DNA of 64,000 nucleotides from the human T2T-CHM13v2.0 reference genome, Homo sapiens. The position numbers and the translations under genes were made by a program. Below the pieces are notes generated by a model, which was given only the letters and a program-made list of their open reading frames with translations, had not been told where the DNA came from and searched no databases. Positions 55,575 through 64,000 of this stretch are shown in pieces. Every line of letters begins with the position of its first letter. The stretch's first letter is position 1. The DNA lies in the NCBI RefSeq assembly GCF_009914755.1, contig NC_060943.1; one strand, written 5' to 3'.

Positions 55575-56145
55575 ACTCATTCTACAAGTTCACTGCCAGG
55601 TATGTGCCCAAGAGATATGAAAACATATGTCTACACAAAAATGTGCACACAAATGTTCACAGCAGCATTATTTGTAATAACCAAAATGTGGAAGAAACTC
55701 AAATGTTCATTGATACATGAATGAATAAATAAAATGTGGTATCTCCCGCTATACCATGGAATGTTATTCTGCCATAAAATGGAATGAAGCACTGGCTCAT
55801 GCTACAACATGGATGAACCTTAAAGACATTACTTACTTAGCCTGAAAGCAGCCAGACACAAAGAACCATACGTTGTATGATTCAATTTCTATGAAATGTC
55901 TAGAATGGGAAAATCTATACCGACAGAAAGTACATTAGTGATTGCCTAGGGCTGGAGTGGGTGCTTAGATTGGGGGTGATGGCTAAGGAGTACACAGTAT
56001 CTCCTTGGACTAATGAAAATATTCTAAAAGTGATCTGAAGTTGATGATTGCACAGCTCTGTACAATTAAAAGCCGTTGAATTGTACACTTTAAGTGGGTG
56101 AATTGCATGATATGTGAATTCGATCTCAATAAAGCTGTGAAAAAA
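55575..56145 (+). mobile_element. Old L1 (L1MB-like) 3' end
   Basis: AAATGTTCACAGCAGCATTATT...ATGGATGAACCTT...CAATAAAGCTGT plus an A-rich end. Confidence 0.85.
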
Positions 56146-56459
56146 AGAGATATACTCTTTAGTTGTTGAAATAAATCATGATGTAATCATGCATCACTTA
56201 GTGTCACAAAATTACCAATAGAAGAACTAACACTTGAGGAAGAAGGGAAGGAAAAGTGAGGGCTGCATGAATTGATTTGTTATCTATTAGAGAAAAAATA
56301 TCTATAAATAATGTATAATTTTGATTCCAAAAGAAAATCATTATTTAGGGATGTCAAGGCAAGTAAGAGAAGAAATAGCTAAGAATATTAATAGACGGCC
56401 GGGTGTGGTGGCTCATGCCTGTAATCCCAGCACTTTGGGAGGCCGAGGCAGGCAGATCA

Positions 56460-56810
<351 letters not shown>

Positions 56811-56907
56811 TTAAACCATGAGCCTATATTGATTGGACTAGGAAATATATTTTCATTTAAAATAAAATAAAGAGGTTTCCCCCAGTTGCTAGTTCGTATA
56901 ATTTAAT

Positions 56908-57135
56908 AGTTCTCAACAGGGGCGATTTTGTTCCCCAAGGGACATTGAGCAATGTTTGGAGACATTTTTGGTTGTCCCCAAATGCTATTTTTAGGGTGCT
57001 ATTTGGAGGTGCTATTGGCATCTAGTGGATAGAGGCGAGGAGTACTGCTCAGCATTCTACAATGCACAGGACAGCCTCCACCACACAAAATTATCCAGCC
57101 CAAATGTTGAGAACGTTGAGATTGGGAAACCCTGG
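56908..57135 (+). mobile_element. MER20-like DNA transposon
   Basis: AGTTCTCAACAGGGGCGATTTTG...GGACATTGAGCAATGTTTGGAGACATTTTTGGTTGTC...GGGAAACCCTG. Confidence 0.75.
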
Positions 57136-57214
57136 CTTTAAAAAATTATCTTCATAGTCGTTCTCACCAGTGCAGTTGTATCAGCACAGGCTCTGGAATT
57201 TGATGTCCTGATGA

Positions 57215-57535
<321 letters not shown>

Positions 57536-58955
57536 TAGTAGAGACGGGGTTTCACCATGTTGGTCAGGCTGGTCTCAAACTCCTGACCTCAGGTGATCCG
57601 CCCGCCTCGGCCTCCCAAATTGCTAGGGTTACAGGCATGAGACACTGCACCCAGCCTAAATGTCCAGTTTATATTGGTTATCATCATTGTTTGCTGATGT
57701 ATCTCCCCCCGCATCCCCCAGCAAAAGAGCAGAAAATAATCAACTTTCCTCAAACGAATGAATTCCAGACCCCTTCCCTTGGGGGCTGTGTTTCTTAGCT
57801 TCTAAACCAGGAGTGTTGGAATGCATGTCTAAACTTTCTCCCATGGGGCGGGGTGAGAATTAAGTGAAACGACCTAAAGAAATTTCAGTAGAAATGTGAG
57901 ATGCTGGGGACTGAAAGATATCGCCCCTCCAAAGGAAGGAACCAGCAGGAGCAAACACTAGGTAAATAGATTTAGGGAACACAGGTTATTCCTGTTTCTG
58001 CCAGCCCCCAGGAGGGAGCAGTAAAGGTGTGCTGGGTTAAATGACTATGAATTTCACCTATTGTTGGCCGCCCTCCACCCCCATAACCCCTATTGTCTCA
58101 GAGCCTCAGGTTACTCATGGTTAATGTAGGAACATTGGTGCCCACACGGCAAAGATTCTGTAGGACTTCTGTAAGACAGCGAAGCATGCCAACAGCCTTC
58201 AATCAGCCATGGCTACTAGTTCTTAGTTTCTGATAACATTTTTACGAGGATCGGGTCTTGAGTAAACGGCTTGCCTAGAGCCACGTGCAATCCCACTTCC
58301 CATCCGCGTTCTCACTTGGTTGGAGGCAGCTTCTGTGCCCTTTATAACCAAGAGCAACTGAGTATAGAGGAGAAGAAGTGTTTTGTCCAAGGTCACACGA
58401 AGCCTTGGGAGCATCCGTGAAATTTGGACCCAAGACCGAACTTTCAGACTCTGATCTCAGACTTTCCACCTCCGATTGTTCCACTTCCCCAACCTACTAG
58501 CTAGTTCTAGAACGGACAGATCCATGCTTCTCAAAACTGTTGCATAGACCCCTACCCAGTCCCAGACAAGTTTCTTTAAGACATATTTGCACCCAAGCTT
58601 TTGGCATTCTACTCTCCTTCCCAGCCCCAGCCCCATCTCGGGGGCATCTAACTCTACCCCTTCTTCCCCATCAGGTTTGAACTAGGGGAGGGGAGGGGGA
58701 TGAGAAGAGAAAAGAAAAAATTGTTGGTGAAAGTCAAAAGGCTTGTTAACGTGGTAAGTTCAATATTGTTTTATCTGGGGTGGTGGGGGGGGAATCTTTG
58801 CCCTCGCCACTTGGAGGAGGAGCGGTGGGAAGACCCCGGGAAGTTGCGCTTTCCCTTGGATTTTGGGAAAGGGGAGCATTCCTGGGGTCCTTTTGAAAAG
58901 GCCCTCCCCTCATTTCCGGCCGCCGCTGCCAGCCTTGGCTGGGCGCCTGGATCCT

Positions 58956-58969
58956 GTTGCTATGACGAC
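58956..58969 (+). promoter_or_regulatory. RFX X-box-like site GTTGCTATGACGAC in a CpG-rich patch
   Basis: Imperfect palindrome CCTGTTGCTATGACGACAGG; ETS-like TTTCCGG at about 58913. Confidence 0.5.
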
Positions 58970-59109
58970 AGGAAGAGGCGGTGGCGGCGGCAAGCGATGC
59001 TGAAGAGAGATGGAGGCTAGTGGGGGTGGGGGTGGTGGCATTGGAATGGGGGAGGGGGCAGGGATCCGGGGCTGGGGACGCGGGAGGGGGCGGGGGCAGG
59101 GGTATCCTT

Positions 59110-60060
59110 CATCTCTGACCTCCTCGGGGCTTCTCAGCCTCACCCCTCTCCCGTTATTTTTTCTGGGCTTCCTTCGGGTGCATCCCCAGTCTCTGTGTCT
59201 GCCTCTGTTTCTCTGGATCTCTCTCTCTTCCTGTCTCAGTCCCTCTCCGTCTGTCTCTCTCTGGGTCTCCCTCTTTTCCTGCACTTGCCTTTCTTTCCCC
59301 AGGTACCTTCTGCCATCCAGGCCCTTCTACCCTCCATTTCTTTCATTTACTATCTTGCTCCCCCGCTCCCTCTCCGCATCTTCTTCTCTCTTTAAAGCTT
59401 CCTTCTCTCTAGCAAGACCTTGCCCCCATCCCCAATTTCTCTCCCTACCCGCTCTCCATTTCATTCCCTCTCCCCCCTCTCTCCCCCATCCTCTCAGTCT
59501 CTCTCTTTCTGTCTGTCTCTCCCCATCTGTCCCTCCTCCCTCCTCTCTGGATGACTCTCTCCCTCTCTCTTCTTTCCTTCTGTTTCCCAGATCCTGACCC
59601 CCCCCACACACACACTTACCCCAGCCCTCCCCCACCCCCTCCCCCCCAGCCCCTGCGTTTCTCTCTTTGAGTCTCTGTCCCTGTCCCCTTCTCTCTCTGG
59701 ATATTTCTCTGTGTGTATCTCTCCAACTTCCTTCTGCTTCCAGCCGCTGCCTCCCCCAAATTTCTCCCTCCCCCATTTCTGTTTCGCGGTCTCTGGGTCT
59801 CTCTCTTTCCGTTTCTCCTCGTCTCTCTCTGTCTCTCTCCCTCCCTCTCTGGATCTCTCTCTTCTCCTCCGGCTTCCTTCTGCCACTCGACCCTGCCCCC
59901 CTCTTTCCCTTCCCCCATCCATCTCCTCTCCGAGGCTCCCCATCCCTCAGCAGCTCCCCTCCCCCTCCCTCCCTACTCCCTCCCTCTCGTCCTCCAGCTC
60001 CGCACTTTACCCAGCGACACGAGAACCAAATTGTCTCCTCACCTTTTTTTTTTAATATAT
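59110..60060 (+). repeat. About 0.95-kb polypyrimidine low-complexity tract upstream of CACNG8
   Basis: C/T-dominated sequence with CT repeats. Confidence 0.85.
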
Positions 60061-60940
60061 ATATCCCGACCCTCACTCCCTTGGGGCCCAGGCTCAGAGC
60101 TGCCCCCCAGCCCCAGCCTGACCTCAGCACCCCCATTCCCCATACGCCTCCTCATCTCCACTCCCCGAACCAGGTCGGACGCCTGGGTCCCTCACTGCTG
60201 GGGGAGGGGGAAGCAGCGAGAATTGGGAGCCAAAAGGTTTTTCTGGGGGGGGTGCCAACAGGGGGGGCTCGACGTCCCCTCCTCCGTGCATCGGAGAGTT
60301 GACCTATCATTAACAGAGGTGAGACAGATCTTTTTATTAATCGGAGGTGGGTGGAGGTAGAATTAATGTTCTGTGATCCCCCCCCCCGAATTCTGGAGAA
60401 AAGAGCTGGTCCCCTTCCTAAGGAGAAAGGAGAGTGACCCCCTCATATCCGGAAGCTTTAGAATTGGGGGTCCCCAGCTCTCTTCTCCCTGGCAGCTGCT
60501 GAACGATGGACTAAGAGTCCCTAAAACCAGATTGTGCCCCAAATTGACAAAATGAAAAGATCTTCGAATCTTTTTTTTTTTTTTTGGACGGAAGGAGAAT
60601 TTCCCTCCTTTCCCTCCTCTTCCCTTCCCCTCTTATCCCAGGTTGTTAGGGGCCTGGGGTCACAGGCTTACCCCACTGAGAGCAGATATCTGTTAAGACA
60701 GGGTAGGTGGCCCTGCTGGTGGTGAGGGGCACCAATTCGGGGAGAAGAGGCCAAGAGATCAAGAAGAGAGGAAACTCAGCATGCGGACAGAAAAGAGAGG
60801 AAGGGGCCGGCGCCCAGGCCGGGAGGCTGGGGGTTGCCCTGTCCAGCGGGCTGCTGAACTGTGGCCTGAGGAAGGGCTGTGTGTGGGCAGACGGGAGTTG
60901 AGGTGGGGGAGGGAACACAACGTGTGGGGCACTAGGCCCA

Positions 60941-60954
60941 GTTGCCATGGAGAC
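60941..60954 (+). promoter_or_regulatory. RFX X-box GTTGCCATGGAGAC
   Basis: 12/14 match to the palindromic GTTGCCATGGCAAC. Confidence 0.6.
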
Positions 60955-62850
60955 ACCCCCCATAGACAACCTTTTTCCACAGCCCCTCCTCGGAGCAGCC
61001 CCAGTCTGAGGCCAGCTGATGGGGGGCAGTGGAGACGGGCAAGCAATCAGGAGGCCAAGGTCACCCTGTACTGGGACCTAGGTTCTGGTTTTTGTTTTGT
61101 TTTTTTTTAATCCCCTCTTCGTCTAAGGTTTCCAGGCTCTTAACTATAGTGGGTTTGGGGGAAGAAGTTGAAGAAGCAGTGTGGAAGCAAGTAAGGAGTA
61201 CATCCCCCAGAGGACAGTTGGGGTGGGGGAGACAGGCAGGGCTGGGGGCATGGTGGTCGGGGGAGAATGTGGAAGAGAGAAATGAAGGAGCCACGGGGCA
61301 GCGGGTGCAGGCTGGGAAAGTATTCCTAATTGAAAAGAGAGTTGTAGTCTTGCGGATCACATTTTTCAGAGGGACACAGTCTACTGGGGGGGCTCTTTCT
61401 GCATGTGGAAGAAGATGAGGGGCTACAGTGTGTGTTCCTGTACAGGTGAAGTCGTAGAGGGGAGTACTGGGGGGCGTTCCCAAGAAGGGAAGCCTGTGGG
61501 GGCCTGCGGAGGGGATTTTCCGGGGCAGAGGAGAACCTGGGAGCTATAGCGGTGGAGCAAGAGGAAGTGAGTCAAGGGAATTCTATATGATGAGAGAGAA
61601 GTTGGGGAGGATGCTTCCTGGTACATTGAAGAGAGAGTGGGCTTCAAAGTGAGTTAGGGGGATCTCAAGTTGGGGGAAACAGTGTGCTGAAGATCCCGTG
61701 TGATGATGAAGGGCTACGAGGAGGGGATTTGGAGGCAGTGGGAGCTGCTGTGAGTGCAGAGGGGCGGGTGGGTGGTACAGTGTGCCCCCTGCTATGGGAG
61801 TACAGGGCAGAGATTGGAATGGTCCTGAGTGGAGAGACATTTGGGGTCTGGAGGAAGCCATTCTTGCGAGTAGAAAATGCCGTGGAACTCACGGAGGAAA
61901 TTTTTCTTAATGGAGGAGAAAACGATGGTTATGATATGAGTTCGTTTAAGTTGTGGGGGGGGGGGTGGCGGGGTGGGAAGATTCAGAAAACTCTTCTAAA
62001 GCAAAAGAGAGGGTGGGGGTTTTCCTGGAGTAAAGGCATAGTATGGGGTGGGGAGTGAGTGGCTTGTGGGGAGACAGTGGGGGCTGTGACAGGGAATGGG
62101 CTGGAGATGGCGGGGGGGGGGCAGCTTGCAAACCAGTGGGTCTGATGTTGGGTGCATTAGAATTCCCCAGGGAGCTTTTAAAAACTTACATGCGCAGGCC
62201 ACACTGCAGACCAACCATGTCGGACTTTCTCAGGTGGGACTCAAACATCCGAATTTTTAAGGTCCTCGGGTGATTTCCAGGTGTGTTGGAGGCTGCCCGA
62301 GGCAGGAAGGGGGCTTCCAGGGAGAGGAGGCTGACTGAGGGTGGCTGGTGATTCCGAGTTGCACAAACTGTGAGGGTCAGCTGGGATTTTCTTTTTCTTT
62401 TTCTTCTTCTTTTAATTTTTCCTTTTTAGTTGAAGAGAGGTTGAGAGATTTATTTTTTCCTAAGGAGAGGAAACTGTGGGGGACCATTTGGAGTGATGGA
62501 ATGACAAAAGCCAGACCGGAGGGGGCTCGCGGAGGTTACTCCCACGGAAGTGGTGCTACTCGGGCTTCTTAAGTTGTGGAGACGCTCAGGGAAAAGTTGG
62601 GCTGACAGGGAAGGGTTCTAGCGGGTGGAGAGGTGGGGCTTGCAGGGGAAGAGTGGGGAGAGCTGGTGGGCGCCGCATGGTGATGGGGCGGGGGTCGCTA
62701 AGGAAGGAAGAACGCGACGGGGGCTCCTGGGGAGGAGGCGGCGGCGTGGGGCTTGGCATCATGGCGGGGGGTGGCTTCCCATGCGATGAGGATCGTGGAG
62801 CCCCCTGGGGCGGAGGCGGCGCGGGCTAGGGGCGAGGGCTGTGAGTGTGA

Positions 62851-63998
<1,148 letters not shown>

Positions 63999-64000
63999 CC

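Noticed and set aside
59010-60360. Several 150-270 aa ORFs on both strands
   Set aside because: Low-complexity CT/GA tract

Overview
Human genomic DNA recognisable as the 19q13.4 neuronal cluster PRKCG-CACNG7-CACNG8, all on the + strand. It holds the last eight coding exons and 3' UTR of PRKCG (PKC gamma kinase domain, 145-8601). It also holds the complete CACNG7 gene (TARP gamma-7: five coding exons, 275 aa, probable non-coding first exon in a CpG island near 11 kb) and the promoter and first coding exon of CACNG8 (TARP gamma-8), which starts at a CTG codon. Every exon was checked by hand for GT-AG boundaries and reading frame. The rest is very Alu-dense intron and intergenic DNA with L1, MER and MLT remnants. 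Points of interest: a 5.1-kb 25-28-bp VNTR in CACNG7 that carries a 1739-codon ATG-to-stop ORF and about 190 CCAAT motifs; layered translational signals at CACNG8 (CUG start, strong-Kozak 4-codon uORF, in-frame upstream ATG inside a 105-bp tandem repeat); two REST/RE1 sites; RFX X-boxes; a cluster of nuclear-receptor half-sites; a repeated GTTCNRGAC motif in the PRKCG 3' UTR; and several local direct and inverted duplications. No wholly new gene system can be proven from sequence alone. Most long ORFs in the supplied track are Alu or low-complexity artefacts. Repeat boundaries and subfamily calls are approximate.
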